From positions 82,924 to 146,923 of the forward strand of contig NW_003314380.1 in NCBI RefSeq assembly GCF_000143415.4: a stretch of 64,000 nucleotides of DNA. Reading direction: 5' to 3'. The notes beneath the pieces are model-generated. The model saw nothing but the letters and a program-made list of their open reading frames with translations. It ran no database searches and had not been told where the DNA came from. Origin of the DNA: Selaginella moellendorffii. Lineage: Eukaryota > Plantae > Lycopodiophyta. The translations under genes were made by a program, and so were the position numbers. Of this stretch, positions 38,066-50,109 are shown in pieces (positions within the stretch are counted from its first letter, which is position 1; every line of letters begins with the position of its first letter).

Positions 38066-39252
38066 TGATGTTACATATAAACTATGAGAAAGTCATCAAA
38101 TTTTGATTATAGTAGTGCAAACTTAGTTTGTATCACTAAAACACATATGAATCTTTTCCTAAAATAACATAAGATTATGATAAAATGTTGAGATAAATAG
38201 CAAAGGGGAAAACCATAAAAAGGTAAAACCTTAAAGAGACCCCAATCATGGATTTCTTGGTCAAAGTATCATCATGAAGATTAGATTCATTTGATTCAAA
38301 AAACTATACCAACATGTCAATATCTTATAAATTTTGCAAGAAAAGTAATTTCAAGTTCTATAGAGTAAAAGGCTTGATTATGTGGTTGCTAGATCACTAA
38401 ACTTGTTATTTGTTATTGTAATTGAAGAACCAGAAGTCACTAATTCTCATACTAAAGTTAAAAAACCTTAGAATTGAGGTGATCATTTTGTTGAGCTAAT
38501 AAGTTTGTTTAAATAAACCAAAAAAAAGTAATTAAACTAGATAAAGTATATAATATAAAATTATTTTGGCAAACTCTCAAACTCTCAATTATTTTTTAAT
38601 AATTTAAAATTTGAATTTTATTAATTTTATAGTTTATCTTGGAAATATTTTATTTCTCTAATAAAACATTTCAATTTAAATGATATAAAGTTAAATTTTT
38701 AATATGTCGTTTATTGGTTGAAGATTTTTAGCTTCATATTTCCAAAATAAGTTCTGTTTCTAAATGTTATATCAATTTTAAAAATAATGTTCACAATGAG
38801 AATATATTTATTAAATATGGAGAATACAAAAGTATGAGATCCAAGAGAATTAATTTAACTAAATAAGGAATTAATTTAAGACACACAAAAGGATAGAAAA
38901 TTATATAGATATTTTTATTAAGATTGTATGAGAGTATGAAATATAGAAATGGAATATAGAAATACAGGAGTGACTAGTCCAGATTAAAACCAATCTGACG
39001 GCAATTAAAATCCCATTACACTAATATTAGTGTATAGGTGTTAATATTGATATACCACATTATAGTTGTACACTTCACAATTGTTAATTTAAAGCACAAG
39101 ATAGCATATTATGATTAAATATAAACCATAACATTAAATTTATTTATTGCCTTTATTTACTTATCTTGAATTCTCTTTTTTTTTTAATTTTATATATTTT
39201 GTATATAAGCCCTATAGACAAGAGTGCAAAACCTATAAGTTTCATTCATTCG

Positions 39253-41922
39253 TCACCCTTCGGTGTTGCCCCGAGCAGAAACGCTGCTCAAAGGGCGGTC
39301 GTGCTCTGAAGGATTCCAATGACGCTTTCTCTGGTTGATAAACCAGTTGTTAATTTGCTTCTGGTCGAGTCCAGTATCAGTTGCGAGGTTAGCTTTCTCC
39401 TGTTCCTGAAACCAGCCAAACAACTAAGAATATAAATTCAATGAAAACTATCACAACATACCGATGGATATGGCCACTTGATATGAGCTTCCCACCACTC
39501 ATACAGCTTCTCGGTCGAGTGCTTGGGCAGCTTTCCTTTCTTCTTCTTCTTGAGAAACTCCTGCTTGAGGCCTTTGATGTAAGCACCATACCTCTGAGCC
39601 AGATACTCCTTGAGGTTCTCGTCCTTGGCCAAGGGATCAACCTCGTTTCCAACCTCGGAGCTGCTGATGTCCTCCTCGATCTCGGCCCCTCCTCCCGTGG
39701 TGGTCGTCTCTGGCTCCTCGCTCTCCACTTTGGAAAAACACAAGTATATTAGTTCTCGATCGACACTCACTCTTGAATAGACTATATAGCTCGACAGGAA
39801 TCAACCAAAGTCAAGCACACAGCGAAGAAACTCTTTTGCCAACAAGAACGATGCACCGCTGGCCTATCCTTTGCAAATCTAAAACCAATTCTACCACCAT
39901 CACCACCACCACCATTGGCATGCTTAAGTTAATCCAAAGATTCGACTAATGAAAGCCTCTCCACGTGCAAGTGTTCGTTGGTTTGTTGACGCATAGAGCC
40001 GACAGCCAACACGTCGCGTGAGCGCTGCTAGCAAAAGCTACGACAAAAAATACCCGCCCCCTCACATTGGCCAAGTGGCCGCCCACTTCCGTACTAGACC
40101 ACATTTTGGGCCACCCATCCATCGCGCCATGCCGCATGGCCCATGCATGACGCCAGCCCGTCAGCCCGTCAGCAGCCTGGCCACCAATGACGGGCGTGTG
40201 ATGTCACCCTGCCCGACAATACCGTATCCGTGACATGACCCCCCATGAGTCACCCATGCATCACCATCACCCCATGGCAGCCATTCATCACGATATTCTT
40301 GGATACGCCGCGAATCTAGCCTGCTCCTCGGGGTTTACGAAAAATAAGAAAAACCCCAGGAAATAGAAATAAAAACCCTGCGCTTTGCCTGCTTTGCTTG
40401 ATTGTAAATTCCCAGGCTGCTGCTCGTCCAGCTTCACGCTTTAGCTTTAAATTTAAAGCCTTTGTCTGCCCAGGACTGCTGCTGTTCTTGCTCTGCAGTT
40501 CTATCCTTTTTTGCCCGTTGTTTTGCCTGTTCTATGCAAACTTCACGTGAAATCCTAAACCCCCACACCCCCAGCCCCTGCTGCCCCACACCCAAATCAC
40601 TTCTTTTCCTCGATCTGCTTGCTTGGCTGCCTCGACCCAACTCTAAAATATATTCAAACCCTTCGAGAGGATCGGACGTCGATCGTGTTGTAGGCCGACA
40701 TTGTTGGCGCGGATCGAAACTTCCCGGTTTGAGTGTCGCTGTCGTTGCTAGATTAGTTTGCCAAGTTCCCGAATGACAGCCCACACTTGGAGAACTGTGA
40801 CCCCTAGATTGCGAATGCATGCATTGCAGTCTCAAACATTACCAGCTAGGGGTTTTGGAAAGGAGATGCGTACCCGGATGATCGGAAACGCTGGTAACCA
40901 CACTGTTCATATGAACGCTTGCGGCTGCGATCGCTCCCAGCTGATCCGTCTTCGTTTTGCAAAACGCCATTGCTCCCTCGAGAACATTCCGGAATTCGTC
41001 CTCAAATTCCTTCATGATGGCACAGTAGGCAACCTGCAAGCAACACAACCATTGGCAAAGTAATCTCTAGATGGTACGCAAAACGATCTTAGAACACTGA
41101 AGTACCATACCATGAAGTCGTCAAGCTCCGGATTAGCTCCCACGCTGGTTACTACCGCGGGTCGAAGGTTCAGCAGCAGCTGGCCGGCTTCGTCGAGCTT
41201 TGCAACGCGGTCCGGCGGCGCACCAACCTTTTGGTTCAAACACAAACTTTGTAAGAAACCACTCCTCGTATCAATCCAGGAATCCCAAAAGCCGAAGAAC
41301 ACATCCACTACCTGAGCAAGCAATACCTTCTGGATGTTCAAGAGCGAGGCCAGGAGATCGGGGTAGTGCGCGTGAGCCACAATGGAAGCCTTCATCGTCT
41401 CATCCGTTTCAGTGGTCGAGATCGAGCTGGCCATGGATCCCGGCGGTGGCGCCAAACGAGCGCCGCTGCTGCTGCTACTGGCACCGCCGTGGTGATGGTG
41501 TGGCTGCTGCTCTTCCGGATCGTGGCGGCTGCCCTCCCCATGAGGAAAATGAGCTCCGTGGATGTGTTCCAGTAGATGCTTGCAGAGGTCGGCCGACTCG
41601 GGAGACATGGATTCGATGAACGAGTGATTGTCCCATGCGAGGTGCTCCATCGAGTAGCCGGCGGCAGCGGCGGCGGCGGCACCGTGATCGATTAGATGGT
41701 GCTGCTGTTGGGGCTCGGGATCTTCCTTGACGCAAGCTTGCGAGATGAGAGCGCTCGAGGCAGCTAAGAAGGCGTCGTGCTGCTCCGGAGTGGGGTGAGC
41801 TCCAAATGGGCTGTGTCCGTCGCGCTGCGAGATATCAAACCATGAGTCGACCACGAGAAGAATTCGTGTGAACTTACCCCGGGGGATCTCTTTGGGGAGG
41901 AGTGCCTGTCCATCGGCTCCAT
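39253..41922 (-). CDS. KNOX: Class I KNOX (KNOTTED1-like) homeobox transcription factor, multi-exon
   Basis: KNOX1 ([22 protein letters not shown]), KNOX2 ([14 protein letters not shown]), ELK ([23 protein letters not shown]) and TALE homeodomain [32 protein letters not shown]. Probable first exon [15 protein letters not shown] from ATG 41922. Confidence 0.95.
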
Positions 41923-44212
41923 GGGAAATTTCGATCAGGATGTCCTTGGAAGCGCTCGACTATAAGCACTGGAACATTTTCTCGTCTCCTTGCCGCCGCT
42001 TTACGCCTAGCTCCTAACCGCAAAAGCAAAGAGCGCTGCGCCTGCGACCCATGATGCGAGGATTGCCCAAATCCCTCGCTGCAATTCTTCACGCGGCTTT
42101 TCGTTTACCCACACAAAAGTCGAGTGTGCGATAAGCTCGAGCGTGGTGATGACTCGTCAGGTATGTGAATGTCTTCTCGTCCTCCCCAACATACAGTCCA
42201 TATACGGTGCCAACAAGCTCTGAACTAGCAAGCTGAATCTTTCCCTACCGAGTTTTCCTTCTCTTATTTCTTCTCCTTTCCCGAATCCTAGCCTATATAC
42301 TTCCAAGTTCTCCGTTTTTTGATATGCCTGTATGATGCCTGTGTATCTTATCGAGACATGTACATCTGAGCTAAAGCTAGAGAATGGCTCTCAGTAGCTC
42401 GCTGGAGTGCCTGTTGATTTTAAGTCATGGCTGGGTGTGCGAGAAGTCTGGATCCGAACCGAATCCAGTAACGAGCAGCTAGCAAAACAAAGAAACACCA
42501 TCATCACATCTCTGGAAGCACTAAATATCTGCTGTATTTGCTGCAGACGATACGAAGGGCGGGGAAGCTCGAGACTGGAAGAGCATCTCTGGGTATATTC
42601 CAGGAGAGGCTAGCATGGCACTGGCAAAGGGGGGATTTCTGGTGCTAATCTGGATGGAGCAGCTTTGCTCCGGATCTGGATTTGGATCGCGGATTGCGGA
42701 TTGCTGCGCTGCGGGCTTCAAAATTATCCTTCGGCGCCCCCCGCAGTTGAAGTCCGAGAAAAAAAAAATGGAGTTTTGAGGAACAGAAGGAGAAGATACG
42801 GAGGAGGAAAGTTGCTAAGAAAATTAAAAAAGCCCCTATAGTTTTCGGCCGGTAACAAACTTTGTTTGATTCACACCATCAAAGTTTAAATGCAGAGGAT
42901 CTGGTGATTATTAAGAAAATCCCTCTCCTTAAACAGGGATTTTGTGTACGCCCCCAAATCGGAATTACGGGGGCCGCGGACAACGACGTTTTCCATTACA
43001 AATCGCCAACTTACGATTTTGAGCTCGATCACACAAAAAAATTGAAAAAAGCCAACCCATCTTTGTAACATGAAGGTTGGCATTTTCCAGAGCACAATTT
43101 GTTGTACGTTGTTGGAACACATTGGCGGTGATGGACCCTCACCAAAGCTTTCCAATGTAAAATATAAGAGGGAAAAACTCCTCGAATTCAGTCCGACTAT
43201 GGTGATAATTTTGAAAAGCTCGGTTTAAGTTGAAGTAATTAAGTGCTCAAGCAAATAAACAAACAAAAAATTTCCGAGACCAAGCCTCCTCGGTTAACGA
43301 GGCATCACTTGACCTTTAAGTAAAGCAAGCCTCTGCCTCTCAGACTTTGATGTCACAAACCTTTTGTTGGTCGTCTTGTTGTTTGCCGATCGCATTTCAT
43401 TTCCTTGTCCAGCTTTGTTCCTCGAGCCAGATGCATCCCATGGCACACAACACTGCTCAAACATGTCGTACGCACGACTGGTCAAGAGAGCTCTGAGGAA
43501 GGAAGACTAAAACCTCTCAGGGGAGACTTGCAGCCAAACGCCAATCCACAGGCTTGCTGAAAAGACCGCAAAAGAGGCTGCAATGCAAGAACAAGGGCTG
43601 CTTAGAACAGAAATACTTCTACCTTATCCTCAAAAGACAGTTGCACGTTGAATTATTGTTTCGCTCTGCAGACAATAACCTGTGGGAAAAGAGAAACATT
43701 CAGAAACAAAAGCTATTGTCGCTGTTTTAAGAGCTGCATTAATTCATACCACCACCAGAAAAACAATAGAAAACAGAAAAGAAAAAAAAATAACCTGGAT
43801 ACAGTGTGCACGCTGAATTATTGGACCGTATCGCCTGATCCAAGTGCTCTCCGGGACTTCTTTATTCAGATTGTTCTGATTTTCGGCTTGAAAAGAGCCC
43901 AAGCAGTGGAAAAAGAAGTGGCACCACGCAAGGGGCTCGACTAATCTGCCAGCCAGCAAGCCAGAAAGCAACCTTAGTCTGTAACGAGAGAGCTCAACAA
44001 CAGACCTCTTGCAAGTTTTTTAAAGGATTTGTAAAGTTGGCCAACCTGCCTTTTTCTTTTCTCCATGCCACTACAGGGAAAGGACACGTGGATTCCAGTA
44101 AGTCAAGATCAGGATCCAGGCAAATCTCCTTCTCTGAGAAGAACTTCGAATCAAGAGCCCTGTTGCGCGACAGAGCTGCTCCTGTTTTATTAGAAAGCAG
44201 CGAGTCTTATAC

Positions 44213-45552
44213 CTACAAACAAGAGTACGCCATCTCTTTCTCCTCGATGAGCTCGTCGGCGGTTGCGTCAAGCTTCGTTCTGGAGAAACCATCAATCAAC
44301 AAGCCTGCGAAACACACGACTGTTTAAGACAGATCAAAGAATCGTGTAGTGTGTACCTTGGACAATAGACCACTCCCCGTTCGCGCAGGTCACCGGGAAA
44401 GAGTAGATTACTCCCTTGGGAACTTTGTAAGAGCCGTCAGACAGGACTCCCATTGACACCCAGGTGCCCTGCAATTTCCGAAGGAGTTAGCAATAGAGCC
44501 AGAGGGAAGTTTTTGACTTCAAACCTTGGGAGTTCCCAGCACCCAGTCACGGATATGGTCACACGCAGAACTTGCAGCAGACAGTGCACTGGAGAGCTTC
44601 CTTGCCTTGATAATTGCAGCACCACGCTGCTGGACGGTGGTAATGAAGGGCCCGTTCAGCCTGGAATGATAAACAAAACAAATATAAACTTCAAAGAAAG
44701 AAAGAAAGAAAGAAGCTTGCCATTCGTCGTCGTTGACAACTTCACGAACAGGCTTCTCTCCCTTGGGAGTAATCACCACAGCATGATTAACATCCGGGTA
44801 CTGTGTCGACGAGTGATTTCCCCAGATAATCACGTTCTTCACGTCCGAGACCTGGAAACCAGTCCTTTCAGAGATCTGCCCCAGCGCTCGGTTGTGGTCC
44901 AGCCTCGTCAAGCAAGTGATGTTCTTGTCAGGAATGGAAGGAGCAAACTCCTTGAGGATCAGCGCATTTGTATTGGCTGGATTAGCAACCACCAGAACCT
45001 GTCACGCCCACAGTCATGAGCTTCCGATACGTTTTGTATTTCTATGGTTACCTTCACGTCCTTGGCAGCACACTTTTCAAGAGCAGAAGCTTGAGACTTG
45101 TAGATGGAGACGTTCTTGGACATGACATCCTTTCGTTCCATCCCTTCCTTCCTGGGAAATCCTCCAACCATCACTGCGATGTTAACATCCTTGCAAGCTT
45201 CCTCCACATCCGTGGTGGCGACCACTCCTGAAAAAAAAAAAGATTGGTGGAGAGACTTTCTAGCTAAAAAAAAGGGATCGCATTGAAAAACTTACCTTTA
45301 AGCAAAGGAAATGCCGAGTCGATGAGCTCCATCTTGACTCCATTGAGCGATTCCGCCGCGGGCGGAATATCCAGCATGTGAAGGATCACAGGCTGGTCCG
45401 GCCCGAGCATGACGCCCCTCGCAATCATCGGGACGAGCGCATACCCGATTTGCCCTGTCGAGCACCGAAAATTTCGCAAAAGTCTGTCAACGAAAGCCAT
45501 AGATCTTACCCGCAGCTCCAGTCACAAGAACACGCACTGGCTGCTTCGCCAT
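44213..45552 (-). CDS. MDH: Cytosolic NAD-malate dehydrogenase, multi-exon
   Basis: [84 protein letters not shown]-terminus [10 protein letters not shown]. Confidence 0.97.
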
Positions 45553-45907
45553 GGCAGAAATTCGATACCGCTTCCACGCAATCCAAGCGCCGGCGACGAC
45601 GAGTACGAGCGCGCTGCCGCGGAGAAGAAGAGCAGAGGGAGCTATTTTGATTGCGCTGCCCGAATTAGATCCCTGGAGCTAGAAAAAAATCAGCGCCGCG
45701 AAACGATCGATCCAGCAAAGCTCGCGAGAAACGATGACCTAAATAATTGCCTTGCTAAAGAGAGCTAGAAACAAAATCGGAGGCAACGGACAGGGCCAGG
45801 TATCGAACCTCGGACTGGTACCAATAGAGCGATTTAAACTGGCCGTCCGATTGCGCGGGCAAATACAGCATATTCGATAACGAACAGGGTAGGGTTTTGG
45901 GCGTCCG

Positions 45908-46471
45908 ATGGATATGGAGGAGGACGAGGAGGAAGGCGAGGAGTGCTGTATGAGGTACTGCGTAGTGGACGAGGAGGAGTACGTGATCACGACGCGCGAG
46001 GCTGTGAAGCGCCATTCATCGGCCAAGGATTTGAGCGTGGTGAAAGGGACGACGCTTGGGGAGATCTTGGAGCGCATTAGGGCAGCGGTGGGGACTCGCG
46101 ATGGCACGGACACGGCCGTGTTTGCTCTGTCGAGCTTGAGTTGGATCCCAATCCGGGAGGAGTATTTGCAGCGACGGATCGACAAGGGGCTCTATCTCAA
46201 GGTCGTGAGGGCGCCAATCACCGAGATAAGCTATGGCTTGGCAGAGCGATATGGTAAATTTCCTCTTTCATTTCCTTTGGGTTCTTCCATGTTTGCAAAT
46301 TCATGACTTGAGAGACTATTTGGTGGATTTCTGTTTGGTTTCTTTTGTGTCAAGTGAATTCATAGTCGATTTTGGGTGGTTTTGGGCGTTTTAATTTCCC
46401 ATTGTGTTTACATTGCAGTTGTTCATGATGGGAGAAGGCAGCACGAGGAAGAAACTTGGCAATTTTTTTGA
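45908..46471 (+). CDS. Hypothetical protein, acidic N-terminus, probably 2 coding exons
   Basis: GC-rich ATG-initiated ORF with a GT donor at ~46254 and an AG acceptor at 46418; no recognised family. Confidence 0.45.
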
Positions 46472-46808
46472 CGTCCGAGCTTGCGGGTTGGACGTTATTG
46501 TTGGTTGAATCAGACGTAAGCCATTGCGGTTTCATCTTAGTATTGATTTACTTACCGGTTTTTCTTGCATTTGTCCAGAACTGATCTAACTGATGCTCCT
46601 GTCGAATTCTTTCACAAGTGAAGTCGAGCAAAGAGGTTTGGCTTAAGTTCTCTGAACTTTTCTTTACTTTAAATTGTTTAACATCAGGTGCCACGAAGCA
46701 GGAGGTGAAAACAAAAATCAAACTTCATCATAGAGTTGGAATGGAAAACAAAACAATAATTTTAAACTTTTTCGTTACAATTTCGACCTCAAAAAGAATT
46801 TAGTTTTT

Positions 46809-46882
46809 TGGCCCACACAGGTCTCGAACCTGTGACCTTGGCGTTATTAGCACCACGCTCTGACCAACTGAGCTAGAAGGCC
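46809..46882 (-). tRNA. tRNA-Ile (AAU)
   Basis: GGCCTTCTAGCTCAGTTGGTCAGAGCGTGGTGCTAATAACGCCAAGGTCACAGGTTCGAGACCTGTGTGGGCCA: A and B boxes, anticodon AAT, one U-U mismatch in the acceptor stem. Confidence 0.93.
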
Positions 46883-47237
46883 ACCATTAATAAAACTTGG
46901 TTTCTTTCAATTATATTACGTTGACTTTGACAGTACCTCCGAGAAAAAGAGTACACTTCAAACTTTGAATCAATACTCATAGTCTAAAGAAGCTGGATGT
47001 GAAGCGAATATATTTGTTTGTATTATGGTGGTAGAGTTCTAGAATAAAGAGTTTTACCTTAAGAATGAAATATTAAGAGCTTATCATAAAAATTATATAT
47101 TTTTATAAATAATTTTAAAATTTTTTATTTATTTAAAAAGTTTAATTTGTTGTTATTTAGTTATATATATTTGGATTTGAGTTTATGTTGAAGTATAAAA
47201 TATTAGTTTCATAATTCAGGAAACAAAAACAATTTCT

Positions 47238-47471
47238 TCATCTATTGTGTAGGGGATTTGGGCCTGTCGGAGCCATCCTTTTTGACACTACGTTGGGATC
47301 CACTGAAAAACTCTCAGGTCCTCGTTGAGCTCTCAACACCCTGTGATTATTCACTTGGAGCTCTCGAGCAACACCAGTGGTGATTGACAATATCAGCATC
47401 AACAGGAGCATCACAAAGTAGAGCCTGCCCAGTGCCATTCGAAGGGCCTGGAGATCTCTGCCAAAAGCCAT
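47238..47471 (-). CDS. CLE: CLE (CLAVATA3/ESR-related) signalling peptide precursor
   Basis: 77-aa ORF with a hydrophobic signal peptide (LYFVMLLLMLILSITTGVA) and a C-terminal 12-aa CLE box RMAPTGPNPLHN. Confidence 0.92.
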   Translation of the reverse strand: MAFGRDLQALRMALGRLYFVMLLLMLILSITTGVARELQVNNHRVLRAQRGPESFSVDPNVVSKRMAPTGPNPLHNR

Positions 47472-48302
47472 GGAGCATTCAGCCTGCCAAGGAATAAGAA
47501 GACTAAAATCAAGTTCCAGCCATTGTCAAAAACACCATCGCAGGCATTTTGGAGCTCCTTTAGAGATCCTTCTCTCTTCTCTCTATTTATTCACGAGCAA
47601 AAGAAACAAACCTCAAAGACCCCATGATTCCGTTGCTCCTCGAACAACCGGCGACGAGTACATAAGATTTGTGCCTTGGATCTCGAAATCTCACGACAAG
47701 GATCAGTTGTGCAATCATCCAGACCCCCAGAAACTCGAGTGATCTTTAGATAGAGGGGGACACACCGAAAAGAGGAGAAGATTCAAGCCGGGAAGCAAAC
47801 AGATCTATACACCGCTTTTACATGACAGCCTTGTGAGTGGGGTACCAAATCATTTATTTCCGCTGCCCGGATCGTCCTTTGGCCGCTCCATATTCTCTCT
47901 GCCTGACGCAATGCTTGCCGCGGCTATAATCTTCCCAGCCGTCGTGTGGAGCTTTTATAGTGGAGCTCCCTCTCGGCTTCTTTGTTTCACACCTTGCAAG
48001 TGGGAGAGTGAGCTTTACGTGTTTGCATAGCTTTTCTAGAGATGTTTCGATAGTTACTTCTTCGTGTCTTGTAACTTCTCGCGAGCATGTACATATCTTG
48101 GGTGGGTTTCATGAAATGCGGCACTGAGGAGCCTTCAATTATAGCGACCAATTCGGCCGAGTCGAGTACACATAAACTCATCGCATGGATATTGCGAGAG
48201 CTCGAAAGGATCTCTTCTCCTGTTTATGGAGCACATCATGAGTATGAATGCAACCAGGACTAACCGCGAATTTCTTTCTTCGTGCGTGTTTCCGATCTCT
48301 TT

Positions 48303-49673
48303 TCACTGCTGGATCGTAGTTCCAACAGCTTCCACTCGATAATCTGTGGACAGGATCTGACTGCATATGGGAATCACCTTTTCTGAAAACACCTGAAGCC
48401 AAAGCAGGAGTGAAAAGAAAAGAGAATGTCCATAAACTTACAGAGACGTAAGCTTCGTGCTTGTTGAAAGCTTCTAATGCGTCCTCTGTAAGAGAACACC
48501 CCTTGCGTTTGAGAGCTTCGAGCTGGATTGAAAAGTTTACTACCTGATGGAAGCCTGGCGACGATTGCATGCGTGTAGCCTTGATTCTGAGCGGAGAAGA
48601 TGACCCCTGAAAATCGTGAAAACGAGTGAGTAATCTAGATTACGCAAAAGCAGCTTACCTGCAGTGAGCTGGACGAGAACCGTGGGTAGCATCTCGGCCA
48701 GCTTGCACAAAGACTGGAGCATATCTTGGACCCTGTCCGCTGAAGCGCTTTCACTGACTTTGAGTAGAATGATATGCTCGATGCCGCTCTCAAATTCCTG
48801 GCAGGAGCATAAATGCTTTTGAACACCACGTCAATAGCTCGTTACCTCACCACGACGGAAGAGAGGTTCTAGACTGTCCTCTACCTCGGCTTCGAAGTCT
48901 GCAGTGATAAATCCCTGCCACAGTTTGAAGACGAATTAAAAACTTGAAGAAATTCTTTACACTTTCAAGGACAAAAGAAAATGTATTTAAAGTTTCGGAC
49001 CAAGAACAGGAGCTCTGAGGAAGATTATCTTACGTTGCAGTATGGAAGCACGAACTCCTTGGCTACTTTGGAATGTGTTGGATGCTCATTGTATTTCAGC
49101 AAGAGATCTTTCGAGGCAAAACGCATGAGGATGCCATGCGTGCAACGCTCTTGATTTTCCGAAAGAATCCGGCCTGGAATCGCAAAATATATCTGTTCGT
49201 CACCATGCGAAGCAACGAACTAAAAGAAAGAACGCGAGTTCTTACCCAAGGAAACGCACAGGATGCCTCTAAAGTGATACTGAAGAGTGTACACATTGTC
49301 CAGCATGGTCGTTTCTTGCTCCTCCGTTAAATCCTCCTTCATCTTCAGCAAGACAAGATGATCCACCACTTTCCTGCGTTACAACAAACCAATCTCAAAC
49401 ACCAACCATGAAAATTTTTCCATACCGCATTGGTTTGTTCATCGCGCAATCCAGCCCAGCAAAGGCCTCCACGCTGCTAAAATTCCTCCCGAGACGGCAA
49501 ACGCGGTGGCGAAATTTATAAGTTCTTCGCCTTCCTCCGGGCAAATTATCTGCTAGAAAAAGGAAGAATCCAGCTCCAATTCCACACGCATTCGCAGAAT
49601 AGATCATACCAGTTCGAAGGATGGGTCTCCTGATCCCCGCAGTGCTGTAGTACTGACTAGCCATAAGCGCCAT
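48303..49673 (-). CDS. Stress-response A/B barrel (Dabb) double-domain protein, likely organellar, multi-exon
   Basis: Spliced translation: KVVDHLVLLKMKEDLTEEQETTMLDNVYTLQYHFRGILCVSLGRI..THGILMRF..HPTH..VLPYC..DFEAEVE..IEHIILLKV..QLTAG..GYTHAIVARL..TDYRVEAVGTTIQQ*. Confidence 0.85.
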
Positions 49674-50109
49674 TTTATCGCCATGGCGCCACTCAAAGAC
49701 AAGCTCTAAAACCCTATTTTGTTATCCACCTCATATGGCCACGATAGCGCCACGTCGAACAAACTTTATCCAACGTGGCCCTAACGAATATTCTAACCTC
49801 TAGAAAACCAGCTGAAAGAAAGACACGTTGCGTGGGACACGTCGCGGCCATGCATTGATGGTGGGAGCGTATGTATGTTTGTATCCGTAGAGATACTCTA
49901 TCCGCGAGGGTGAGATCGTAGCTCTCGCGTTCTTTAAACCCTATCCTGTGCGAAATTTCTTTTCTCGGGATGATCCTGGTAGCGCTGCTGGCGGATCTTT
50001 TGGGCGCTTGCTATATTCTTTTCTCCTCTGTCGTGATCCAGCTCGTGAATGAGTTTCCAATCCCGAGCCGCGTGCGACGGATGATCTTGGAGCGCCTGGT
50101 GTCCGGAGG

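Noticed and set aside
36500-38450. Possible copia RT/RNase H relics around the degenerate solo LTR
   Set aside because: Motifs are too eroded to call.
41823-41854. GTG start of the 280-aa KNOX ORF given by the track
   Set aside because: It lies in an intron (GTAAGT..TCGCAG); an upstream ATG exon at 41922 fits better.
43540-43880. Resemblance to miR396 (TCCACAGGCTT) and to a TPP riboswitch (CTGA..GTCCC..GATCAGG)
   Set aside because: Matches are short, and neither the precursor hairpin nor the riboswitch core can be completed.
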